From Thermodesulfovibrionales bacterium (GTDB taxonomy: Bacteria > Nitrospirota > Thermodesulfovibrionia > Thermodesulfovibrionales > UBA9159): a stretch of 64,000 nt of DNA. A program made the position numbers and the translations under genes. This document shows, piece by piece, positions 27,792 through 35,502 of this stretch (within the stretch, counting starts at the first letter, position 1; each line of letters begins with the position of its first letter). The DNA lies in assembly GCA_035686305.1 (NCBI GenBank), contig DASRZP010000050.1, positions 3,338-67,337 of the forward strand, given 5' to 3'. The notes below the pieces were generated by a model. The model did not search any database. It was not told the DNA's origin and saw only the letters and a program-made list of their open reading frames with translations.

Positions 27792-28811
27792 TTGAAAAGG
27801 GCGCTTATCACCGGCATCAGAGGACAGGACGGAGCATATCTGGCAAGGCTTCTTCTCGAAAAGGGATATGAAGTCTACGGCGCTGACAGGAGCGGCGATA
27901 CCGGTTCCTGGAGGCTGAAGGAGTTGGGCATCGAAGGAGATGTAAGGATCAGATATATGGATCTCCTTGAACTGACGAATATCATGCGGGAGATCGAGAA
28001 GATCAGGCCGGATGAGATCTATAACCTCGCGGCCCAGAGTTTTGTCCAGGCTTCCTTTGAACAGCCGATCCTGACGTCTGATATTGATGCCATGGGCGTG
28101 GTGAGACTGTTCGAAGCGATAAGGGCAACGAAATCCGGCGCGAGGTTCTATCAGGCATCGACGTCTGAGATGTTCGGCAAGATCCAGACAGTACCCCAGA
28201 ACGAGAGAACACCTTTCTATCCCAGGAGTCCCTACGGAGTCGCAAAGCTCTTCGGCCACTGGACGACCGTAAACTACCGGGAGTCGTACGGAATATTTGC
28301 CTGTTCCGGCATCCTCTTCAACCATGAGTCGCCGTTGAGAGGGACCGAGTTTGTCACCCGAAAGGTCACCCGTGGCATTGCGAGATTACGCTGTGGACTT
28401 CAGGACAAGATCGCTGTCGGCAATCTCGACTCAAGACGGGACTGGGGTTATGCTCCTGAGTATGTGGAGGCGATGTGGCGCATGCTCCAAAAGGATGGGC
28501 CTGATGACTATGTCATCGCAACGAATGAATCTCACACGGTTAGAGAGTTTATTGAGTTTGCCTTCCGATACGCAGGCTTTGATCTTCTGTGGGACGGCAA
28601 AGGTCTGGAAGAAAAAGGCATAGACCGGAAGACAGGCAAGACCATCGTCGAAATAGCCTCTGAATTCCTGAGGCCCGCGGAGGTCGATATGCTGATCGGC
28701 GATTACTCCAAGGCTAGGGAGAAACTGGGATGGGAGCCGAAGGTGAAGTGTGAGGAGCTTGCGAAGATCATGGTCGAGGCCGATATCAGGAGGGTCGGGA
28801 AAAGACTATGA
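27792..28811 (+). CDS. gmd: GDP-mannose 4,6-dehydratase
   Basis: KRALITGIRGQDGAYLARLLLEKGYEVYG..., YQASTSEMFG and SPYGVAKL are hallmark Gmd sequence. TTG start. Confidence 0.9.
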   Translation: MKRALITGIRGQDGAYLARLLLEKGYEVYGADRSGDTGSWRLKELGIEGDVRIRYMDLLELTNIMREIEKIRPDEIYNLAAQSFVQASFEQPILTSDIDAMGVVRLFEAIRATKSGARFYQASTSEMFGKIQTVPQNERTPFYPRSPYGVAKLFGHWTTVNYRESYGIFACSGILFNHESPLRGTEFVTRKVTRGIARLRCGLQDKIAVGNLDSRRDWGYAPEYVEAMWRMLQKDGPDDYVIATNESHTVREFIEFAFRYAGFDLLWDGKGLEEKGIDRKTGKTIVEIASEFLRPAEVDMLIGDYSKAREKLGWEPKVKCEELAKIMVEADIRRVGKRL

Positions 28812-28862
28812 AGGCTCAAGGAAGCGCCTGGTGAAGCGGACCGATCAATGGTGAGGTGAGTC

Positions 28863-29402
28863 GTGGATCATCTTGACGACAGAGAGGCCGAGCGTACGGA
28901 GTTATACCGTCTCTTCGCTTCGTTGTTCATGCAGGAACCGGCCATGGAGACGATTCTGACCATGAAGGAGATGTTCCGGATGGAATGCGATGATACACCC
29001 GATGAGGTGGCTGAGGATTTCAGGCATCTTTTTCTGGCGCCGCAAGGGGAACTCCCGTCCTACGAATCTCTTTACAACTATCCCCTGAAGGAGAGACCGG
29101 GATTGTGGGGGAGGGTGACTGAAGAGGTCCAGAATTCATACCGGGCGGCGGGACTTGTGATCGATGCGGAGATCGGTCTTGCTCCGGACCACCTATCGGC
29201 TGAGCTGCTGTTCATGAGTTACCTCATTGAGCATGGTCTCTCTGGGCATCAGAAGGACTTTCTCGAAACCCATATCCTCACCTGGGTCCCTGAATACTGT
29301 GATGAGATCAGGAAGCGGGCGCATACAACATTCTATCGGGAAGTCGCTGACCTGCTCAAGGAATTCGTGACCTCGGACTATGAAGAATTCGGGCATGAGT
29401 GA
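28863..29402 (+). CDS. TorD/DmsD-family redox-enzyme maturation chaperone
   Basis: LYRLFASLFMQEP..., SYESLY, PDHLSAELLFMSYL and FYREVADLL follow the TorD-family pattern. Confidence 0.75.
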   Translation: MDHLDDREAERTELYRLFASLFMQEPAMETILTMKEMFRMECDDTPDEVAEDFRHLFLAPQGELPSYESLYNYPLKERPGLWGRVTEEVQNSYRAAGLVIDAEIGLAPDHLSAELLFMSYLIEHGLSGHQKDFLETHILTWVPEYCDEIRKRAHTTFYREVADLLKEFVTSDYEEFGHE

Positions 29403-29653
29403 GGTCTGCGGTGCCGGAAGAGCCAAAGGAAAAACCCCTTTTCAGACAGCTCCTCGAAGCGAGTTCGGTAGGCATCCAGCTTGTCCTCTCGACATTTGTG
29501 GGATTCGCCATCGGGTATTACCTCGACAAGTTCTTGAAGACGACCTTTCCATGGCTGACGATCATATTCCTCATCATCGGCATCATCTCAGGGTTCCATG
29601 AACTCCTGAGGGTCGCGAGAAAGCAGAATGGGCCTCGGAAAAAAGATCGTTAA
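29399..29653 (+). CDS. AtpZ/AtpI-family small membrane protein
   Basis: 84 aa with two TM segments (GIQLVLSTFVGFAIGYYLDK...WLTIIFLIIGIISGF), resembling the AtpZ (putative F0F1 assembly) family. 4-nt overlap with the TorD-like gene. Confidence 0.55.
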   Translation: MRSAVPEEPKEKPLFRQLLEASSVGIQLVLSTFVGFAIGYYLDKFLKTTFPWLTIIFLIIGIISGFHELLRVARKQNGPRKKDR

Positions 29654-30029
29654 ACAGAGCGTCATCGTGATCATCCCCCTGGTCATCCTCTCGTACCTTG
29701 TGGACTGGAAGCCAGAGAATATGAGATTCCTGAGGATCTTCGGCAATCCTGACTTTATCCCTGTCAGTATTATCATCGGCGGTCTTTTGGGGCTTGCAAA
29801 TCTTCATGGCCTCCTGTGGAGCCTCGAAAGACTCCTCGGTGCCCGGAGGGCAGACGCCAAGCTCATCGTCCTCAGCATGCTCCGGCTCTTTGTCCTCTTC
29901 GGTCTCATCATTGTCCTTACGGCCTTCAAGGTCATCAATTTCCTCGGCCTCCTCATAGGAATGACGGTCGTCTTCATCATTCTTATTAAGGAAGCGGTGA
30001 AGACCGCGCGGAAACAGGCGGAGGAGTAG
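29628..30029 (+). CDS. ATP synthase subunit I-like membrane protein
   Basis: 133 aa, four TM segments, size and topology of AtpI. No atpB/atpE follows. Confidence 0.45.
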   Translation: MGLGKKIVKQSVIVIIPLVILSYLVDWKPENMRFLRIFGNPDFIPVSIIIGGLLGLANLHGLLWSLERLLGARRADAKLIVLSMLRLFVLFGLIIVLTAFKVINFLGLLIGMTVVFIILIKEAVKTARKQAEE

Positions 30030-30030
30030 A

Positions 30031-30178
30031 ACCTATCTCATAATTGGTTCTTGCTCGAAGGCTGTCATTCCCGCAAGCGAAGCATGTCGGGAATCCTTCT
30101 GGAAATAAAGAAAGATTCCTGACAAGCCGGAATGACACGGAAGAGGCTGATGATGAATGTTTCGATTTTGAGATAGGT
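30031..30178. mobile_element. MITE/REP-like palindromic element (non-autonomous)
   Basis: 10-bp perfect terminal inverted repeats ACCTATCTCA (30031-30040) and TGAGATAGGT (30169-30178). Internal nested palindromes GTCATTCCCG..CGGGAATCC and GATTCC..GGAATGAC. Confidence 0.55.
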
Positions 30179-30334
30179 CCTCAGGTTGCCCTATGTTGTC
30201 TTTTTCCGTGACCATGGAAGGTCGCCTGCCAGAAAATCACAATATAATAAGGAGAATCCCGTGATCTCTCAATATCGCTGAGCGGTGTTGGCATTCCTGA
30301 GATGTGGTATGATAAAGTGCTTGAAGGAGGCGGA

Positions 30335-30556
30335 ATGCTCATTGATGCGAGGGGTCTCAAACATCCTGAGCCTTTACAGAAACTGAGGGAGATCGCTCCA
30401 ACAATGTGTTCCCTCGATGGTTACGTCGAGCTGTTCATTGACGATGAAGAAGCTCTCAAGCATCTGAGAACATATGCTGTCGTCTCCGGTTGCAAATATG
30501 AGATAGAGAAAAGAGATTCCTATTATTCAATAAGGATCGAAAGCTCATGTTCATAA
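30335..30556 (+). CDS. TusA/SirA-like small protein lacking the conserved Cys
   Basis: IDARGLKHPEPLQKLRE aligns to the TusA LDxRGLxCPxP motif, with His in place of Cys. AGGAGG lies 5 nt upstream of ATG 30335. Confidence 0.65.
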   Translation: MLIDARGLKHPEPLQKLREIAPTMCSLDGYVELFIDDEEALKHLRTYAVVSGCKYEIEKRDSYYSIRIESSCS

Positions 30557-30598
30557 GTCCGGGCTGTCGGATGTCACAGTCCCTGTTCCCATAGGACC

Positions 30599-31306
30599 AT
30601 GAAGGTTGCGGTCGTAACCGGCGCAGCGAGGGGTCTCGGAAGACAGATCGCGATCACCTTGCGTTCGTGCGGATACGCTGTTGTAATCAATTATAACCGC
30701 TCTCTGACTGAAGCCAACGAGCTGGCAGAGCTCCTCGGTGACACGACAATGGCTCTGCAGGCCGATGTGAAGTCCCTCTCGGAGATGGGAGAGATGGCGG
30801 AGAAGGTTAAGAGCCGTTGGGGAAGGGTGGACGCTCTTATCAATAATGCGGGAATAACAAAGGACTGCCTGCTCATGAACTACCGTGAAAGCGATCTTGA
30901 CGAAGTTCTTCGAGTCAATCTCAAAGGCTGTTTTAACGCGGTGAAGGCCTTTGCGCCACTCATGATAAAGTCCGGCGGAGGGCATATCATCAACGTATCT
31001 TCGCGGTCGGGCGTGAAGGGCAAGGCCGGTCAGGCCGCTTACAGCGCTTCAAAAGGAGGAGTCCTCGGGTTTACGATTGTGGCGGCGCAAGAGTTATCGG
31101 CCCATAACATAAGGGTCAATGCCCTCCTTCCCGGTTATATGCCGACAGGGATGGGAAGAGCGGCTGAGAAGTCCATGGAAGAGGCGAAGGCGGACAGTCT
31201 TCTTAAGCGTCTTTCTGATCCTGAAGAGGTCTCGCGATTTATCGCGTATCTCCTGACAACGAGGGGCATAACGGGGCAGGTCTTCGGTCTGGAATCGAGG
31301 GTTTAG
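30599..31306 (+). CDS. SDR family oxidoreductase (FabG-like)
   Basis: TGAARGLG cofactor motif, NNAG, and an S...YxxxK catalytic pattern (YSASK). Confidence 0.85.
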   Translation: MKVAVVTGAARGLGRQIAITLRSCGYAVVINYNRSLTEANELAELLGDTTMALQADVKSLSEMGEMAEKVKSRWGRVDALINNAGITKDCLLMNYRESDLDEVLRVNLKGCFNAVKAFAPLMIKSGGGHIINVSSRSGVKGKAGQAAYSASKGGVLGFTIVAAQELSAHNIRVNALLPGYMPTGMGRAAEKSMEEAKADSLLKRLSDPEEVSRFIAYLLTTRGITGQVFGLESRV

Positions 31307-31396
31307 TCTCTCAGCCATGAGAGGAAGGCATGAGCTCCACGGTTACTAAGATTCTTCATAATGGGATTTACATGATTCCAAAAGAATCCCTCCCTA

Positions 31397-31452
31397 CCTC
31401 CCTTTTCCAAAGGGAGGAAATAAACCCCTCTTTGGCAAAGAAGGGTGAGGGG
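31397..31452. repeat. pair of GC-rich REP-like hairpins
   Basis: CCTCCCTTT-tcc-AAAGGGAGG (31397-31417) and CCCCTC..CTTTggcAAAG..GAGGGG (31425-31452) in the SDR-bioD spacer. Confidence 0.5.
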
Positions 31453-31511
31453 AGATTTTCCGATCAAATGTCTATCCAATTCTTAGGAAATTAATAATTT
31501 CGATAAAGTAC

Positions 31512-32240
31512 ATGGCAAGAGGGTTTTTTATCACCGGCACTGATACCGGCGTCGGGAAGACCGTTGTGACGGCAGCGCTTATCAGGGCCTTCTGTGTACT
31601 CGGTATGCGCGTTGCCGGAATGAAGCCTATAGAGACGGGGTGCAGGCGCGAAGGGGATGTCCTTTATCCTTCAGATGGTATCGTTCTCAGGAAGGCTGCC
31701 GAAATGCACGAGGCAATAGATGAAATAACACCCTGCTGTTTTGAGGCACCTGTTGCACCGTTTGTCGCGTCAGAAAGGGAGGGGAGGGACGTCAATGTCA
31801 ATTCCGTCATTGAAAAGTTCAATGTCCTTCTGAAGAAGTACGACGCGGTGCTTGTGGAAGGAGCAGGCGGCATCCTTGTCCCGATAAGGAGAGACTATTT
31901 CATGATCGACCTCGCGAGAGAAATGGGTCTTCCCCTCATTGTCGTGTCGAGCCCGTCCCTGGGCACGATAAACCATACCCTTCTCACTGTTCGCCATGCG
32001 TTGAGGGAGGGGATAACCGTTTCAGGGATCATCGTGAATTTCAGCAAGCCGCCAGGCGGCACGATGGCTGAAGAAACCAATCCTGACATCCTGCGAAAGA
32101 TCAGCCCTGTGCCTTTGATCGGGACGCTCCCCTATCTCGCTGATCTCGGATACGACGCACTCTCACAAACTGCGTTGGGGGCAATCGATACGAAGCAGCT
32201 CCTCAAGGAACTCGGCTGGTCTCAGGGCACGATAAAATAA
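31512..32240 (+). CDS. bioD: dethiobiotin synthase
   Basis: FITGTDTGVGKT P-loop and VEGAGG motif. Confidence 0.9.
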   Translation: MARGFFITGTDTGVGKTVVTAALIRAFCVLGMRVAGMKPIETGCRREGDVLYPSDGIVLRKAAEMHEAIDEITPCCFEAPVAPFVASEREGRDVNVNSVIEKFNVLLKKYDAVLVEGAGGILVPIRRDYFMIDLAREMGLPLIVVSSPSLGTINHTLLTVRHALREGITVSGIIVNFSKPPGGTMAEETNPDILRKISPVPLIGTLPYLADLGYDALSQTALGAIDTKQLLKELGWSQGTIK

Positions 32241-33253
32241 GTGTCCCAGCGATAATAAGTGCTGAGATCCTCCACCGGGGTCCCTGTCGGTGTCACCAGG
32301 GCATGAAGGTAGTACGTACCAGACGGCAGCGATCGTGAAAAAAGCGTTCCGAAGGGCACCGCATCAATCTGACCTAACGTATTGGAGCGCCACTTCACAA
32401 TCCCGGCGGAGAGCAGCTGGACAAGATTGTCCTGTGTTATGAGGTAATAGGTATTTCCGACAGAGATTGCAAGGTAAATATCTACGGGTGCTGAGGAGGG
32501 CAGAAAACTGATATGGAGAGTCAATTCGCCATGAGCCATATCTCCAACGGCAAGAGGCCTATTTAAGGAGGGATCGGTGCTGAAGATGGGATCGGGGTTT
32601 TGAGGATAGGCATAACTGTCAGGTGCTGCGGGTAAAGGCAGTTTCATCTTCGGATAGAGGTAGGTGATACCGTTCATGTCGTCCTCACTCAAAGTCCTTT
32701 GACTCGTCCCTCCCATATCGGCATAAGCGAACATCGTCTTCTGAGAATCTCCCGGGCTATAGAGGTCATCCAGGCTCAGGGCATGGCCCAGCTCGTGAGT
32801 CAGCACGCCCTGAAGGTCATAGGCATGAGGCGAACCGTCCGTCGCCCACGCGTAATTTGTGTTAAACTTGATGTCACTCTCAAGGAGCTCTCCTGTATGA
32901 GGGTTATACCAGAATGAATTTTCTGCAAGCGTCCCGTCTGTTCCCATCTGGCCGAAACTGATGACATTGATGTTGTCGTTTATCTCAGCGTTCTTTGAGG
33001 TGGTCCCGCCGTAGAGAAAAGAGAAATCAGAGGTAGTTACGTATGTCCAGGTCTCCATGGCGGCCTGGATAGCCGGTATGCTGTTCTGGGGCCCACCCTG
33101 AGGATCGACAAGGTAAGCAGCCTGGAGCGAATTCCATTTCAGATCAAGACCTGAATCGGTCTTGATAACCATGAACGCTGAGGCGTCAAAAGACCAAGCA
33201 TGGAGGAGAAGGACGAGCGTCAGGGAGACGAAGAAGAACGCTGAACTCTTCAC
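32222..33253 (-). CDS. secreted metzincin-type zinc metalloprotease (matrixin/snapalysin-like) with unassigned C-terminal domain
   Basis: Signal peptide. HELGHALSLDD zinc motif, then TMFAY as a candidate Met-turn. GTG start in a GTGA overlap with the upstream gene. Confidence 0.7.
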   Translation of the reverse strand: MKSSAFFFVSLTLVLLLHAWSFDASAFMVIKTDSGLDLKWNSLQAAYLVDPQGGPQNSIPAIQAAMETWTYVTTSDFSFLYGGTTSKNAEINDNINVISFGQMGTDGTLAENSFWYNPHTGELLESDIKFNTNYAWATDGSPHAYDLQGVLTHELGHALSLDDLYSPGDSQKTMFAYADMGGTSQRTLSEDDMNGITYLYPKMKLPLPAAPDSYAYPQNPDPIFSTDPSLNRPLAVGDMAHGELTLHISFLPSSAPVDIYLAISVGNTYYLITQDNLVQLLSAGIVKWRSNTLGQIDAVPFGTLFSRSLPSGTYYLHALVTPTGTPVEDLSTYYRWDTYFIVP

Positions 33254-33780
33254 TCTTTTACCCTCTTTATCTTCTCTATGAGGGCGTCAACAGGGATCAC
33301 ATAATCAATGGTGTCTCTTCCATCGATAACAGAGAAGCCGGTCTTCCGCGCAATCCTGTTTTCATCAACGGAGTATTTACCCTGTCCCTTGCCTACCGTG
33401 GTGTAAACGGTCCCGCCATTCCTGCCTGCTCCCGATCTGAGAAAGAGCAATACCTTCTCCTTTTTCCTGAGCGGCGCTACGTCTGAGACCCTGAGGCCGA
33501 TATCACCGGTCTCCCCTCCAGGATACTCTACGACGATCCTTTTCTGAAGACTCCGACCTTTTATAACTTCGTTGACGAGGACGACGGCGCGGGTGAAGAT
33601 ACTTTTCCCATCACCAGTCCAGTGCGATGAAAGGGCCTCAACTTCTCCTGATACGACGATCTCAGATTGTTTCGCGAGGTCTTCTGTGGTCATGGCCTTC
33701 ATGACCGCAAATGACGGAGACAAAAGACCGAGCACCGTGAGGAACAAGAGAGATAAAGAAACAGGGACTCTACGTTCCAT
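33250..33780 (-). CDS. secreted protein of unknown function, co-transcribed with the metzincin
   Basis: 176 aa. Signal peptide (..LLSPSFAVMKA). No family recognised. Confidence 0.6.
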   Translation of the reverse strand: MERRVPVSLSLLFLTVLGLLSPSFAVMKAMTTEDLAKQSEIVVSGEVEALSSHWTGDGKSIFTRAVVLVNEVIKGRSLQKRIVVEYPGGETGDIGLRVSDVAPLRKKEKVLLFLRSGAGRNGGTVYTTVGKGQGKYSVDENRIARKTGFSVIDGRDTIDYVIPVDALIEKIKRVKE

Positions 33781-33827
33781 CCTTACCTTGTTGTCCAGGT
33801 TGTCCAGGGCGATTTGTACATTCTTTT

Positions 33828-33856
33828 ATTATAAGATGGCGTAAGTTTTTTATAAA
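33828..33856 (-). promoter_or_regulatory. sigma70-type promoter candidate for the 176-aa/metzincin pair
   Basis: On the minus strand: TTTATA, 17-nt spacer, TATAAT. The leader contains a tandem CCTGGACAA x2 (33791-33808). Confidence 0.35.
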
Positions 33857-34098
33857 GGTGAAAAACTACCCGGTCAGGGGCCCACGATTCGGCTAGCTCA
33901 CATACTTCATAGACTTTGGGGCCGACGTCCGATTCGCAGGCAAGAGGCGGGGTTATTGGCGGGTCAGCTCATGGGGACCGTAAGTGTCTCTTCAGGACAG
34001 GCCGTTATTGGGACCATGTGGTCGGAAAATCACCGGCGGCTATTCTCTTGCCGAAAAGATGATGACGGTTCCGGCACGACAATGGATGAATCGTATGT

Positions 34099-34926
34099 CT
34101 ACAAAGACGTTTTAAATGGTATCACATAGTAGCCCGGTGAGACCTTGTATTGATCCAGAAGGGCCATGAGAACAGCTCCTGACTGAAAAGAGGAGTCTGT
34201 CATCAGCTCGAGAGTTAGATTCAGGCTCTTTCCCACCGCTCTTCCCTTAATCCGTGCATAGACGCCCTTGCCCTGGAGGCTAAAGGATTGTACCTCTATC
34301 GCTGTGCCCTTTATGGAGATGAGGGACTTGATTTGACTGAATATCTCGAGGGGGAGAAAGAAACCACCGATTGATGCATTCCTGAACTGAGCGTTGTCGA
34401 CTATGAGTCGAAGCTCTCCGGCCCCGTCTCTCAGGTGCAGATACCCAGAGAGAGTGCCTTCACCCTGAAGGCCGATAAGGTCAAGGACAGGGAGGCCCTT
34501 TACCGGGATGTCGCTGCCTTTCAGTCTGACCGGCCCCTTGACCGTGAGACCTATCGTACCGGTCACCGTGCCGCCATGAAGATGAGAATCCAGACTTAAC
34601 TGAGGGTTCAGTCTCAATACCGAGGGGATCATAATGGTTCCATGAACTCCGTCAAGAATCAGGAGCGGGGATTCTGAAGTTGGCGGACTGTCTGGCTGAC
34701 TTTCTGAAGTGGCCTTATTCCCAGGAGTCCCTCTCTTCAAGATGGAGAGCTTCTCAGCGTCGAAGCTGTAAAAAAGGCCTTTTCTGAAACCCTCAATCTT
34801 TAGAGAGATCTCTTCTCCTGAGATGGAACTCTCAATGAGATCTATGATGAATCTATCCGGTATGACAAACCAAAAGCCGGTGACGACAAGCAAAAGAACC
34901 GCGACGATGAGCGCGTATTTTTTCAC
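34099..34926 (-). CDS. gspN: type II secretion system protein GspN
   Basis: Single N-terminal TM segment. Position after gspM in a colinear gsp operon. Size typical of GspN. Confidence 0.6.
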   Translation of the reverse strand: MKKYALIVAVLLLVVTGFWFVIPDRFIIDLIESSISGEEISLKIEGFRKGLFYSFDAEKLSILKRGTPGNKATSESQPDSPPTSESPLLILDGVHGTIMIPSVLRLNPQLSLDSHLHGGTVTGTIGLTVKGPVRLKGSDIPVKGLPVLDLIGLQGEGTLSGYLHLRDGAGELRLIVDNAQFRNASIGGFFLPLEIFSQIKSLISIKGTAIEVQSFSLQGKGVYARIKGRAVGKSLNLTLELMTDSSFQSGAVLMALLDQYKVSPGYYVIPFKTSL

Positions 34927-35489
34927 TTCTTGACAAAGAGTGAAAGGGAGATCGTTACATTGAGAAGTTCAGGATTCTCAAAAGTCTTTTTTACGGCGAT
35001 CCTCTTGACCGAAAGCATAACAGGGGCTTCATCTATCTTATAAAGGAGGTTGACCAGTTCGTTTAACGTGATCTTCTCTATCTGGGCCTCTGCACTTTCT
35101 TCGGTGCCGCCGCTCACCTCCCTGCTTCCTGTGGCCTTCACCGATTTCACTTTTCCCTGCAGCCCCAATGAACCTGATATGTCATCGAGGGCCTGAGGTA
35201 CGCCATTCACTCTTGTGAGAGACTTCCGCTGTTCAAGGGAATCGAGACGTCCTTTCAGGGATTTATATTCGGCCCCCAGGGTGAAGAGCTCCTTGTGCCT
35301 TGCCCTGAGAAAGTCGGTCTCCTTCGTCGTTGTCTTCTGCAGTATGAAGAGAGGGACGATAAGGAGGCTGAGGCCGATGACAACCAGTGATAAAGGATGA
35401 AAGATGAAGGATGAAGAACGGAAAAGAGACAATAGCCCTTCATTGTCCACCCTGTTTCTTGTCCTTTCTGTTATCGTTTCATCTTTCAT
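34923..35489 (-). CDS. gspM: type II secretion system protein GspM
   Basis: Bitopic protein of 188 aa. Operon position. Coiled segment after the TM typical of GspM. Confidence 0.6.
   Translation of the reverse strand: MKDETITERTRNRVDNEGLLSLFRSSSFIFHPLSLVVIGLSLLIVPLFILQKTTTKETDFLRARHKELFTLGAEYKSLKGRLDSLEQRKSLTRVNGVPQALDDISGSLGLQGKVKSVKATGSREVSGGTEESAEAQIEKITLNELVNLLYKIDEAPVMLSVKRIAVKKTFENPELLNVTISLSLFVKK
35395..35415 (+). repeat. tandem heptamer array GGATGAA/AGATGAA/GGATGAA
   Basis: Read directly. Lies inside the 5' end of gspM (minus strand), where it encodes SSFIFHP. Confidence 0.8.
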
Positions 35490-35502
35490 CTTTTTCGCTC
35501 TT

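Noticed and set aside
27762-28325. 187-aa minus-strand ORF opposite gmd. Similar shadow ORFs occur at 1289..1966, 39452..40156, 41750..42274, 46431..47003, 50935..51573 and 22312..22860.
   Set aside because: Each is fully embedded antisense to a gene with strong family motifs. None has a recognisable domain, SD or sensible composition.
30033-30215. 60-aa track ORF (MVTEKDNIGQPEDLSQNRNIHHQPLPCHSGLSGIF...).
   Set aside because: It coincides with the palindromic MITE-like element and is a fortuitous translation of repeat DNA.
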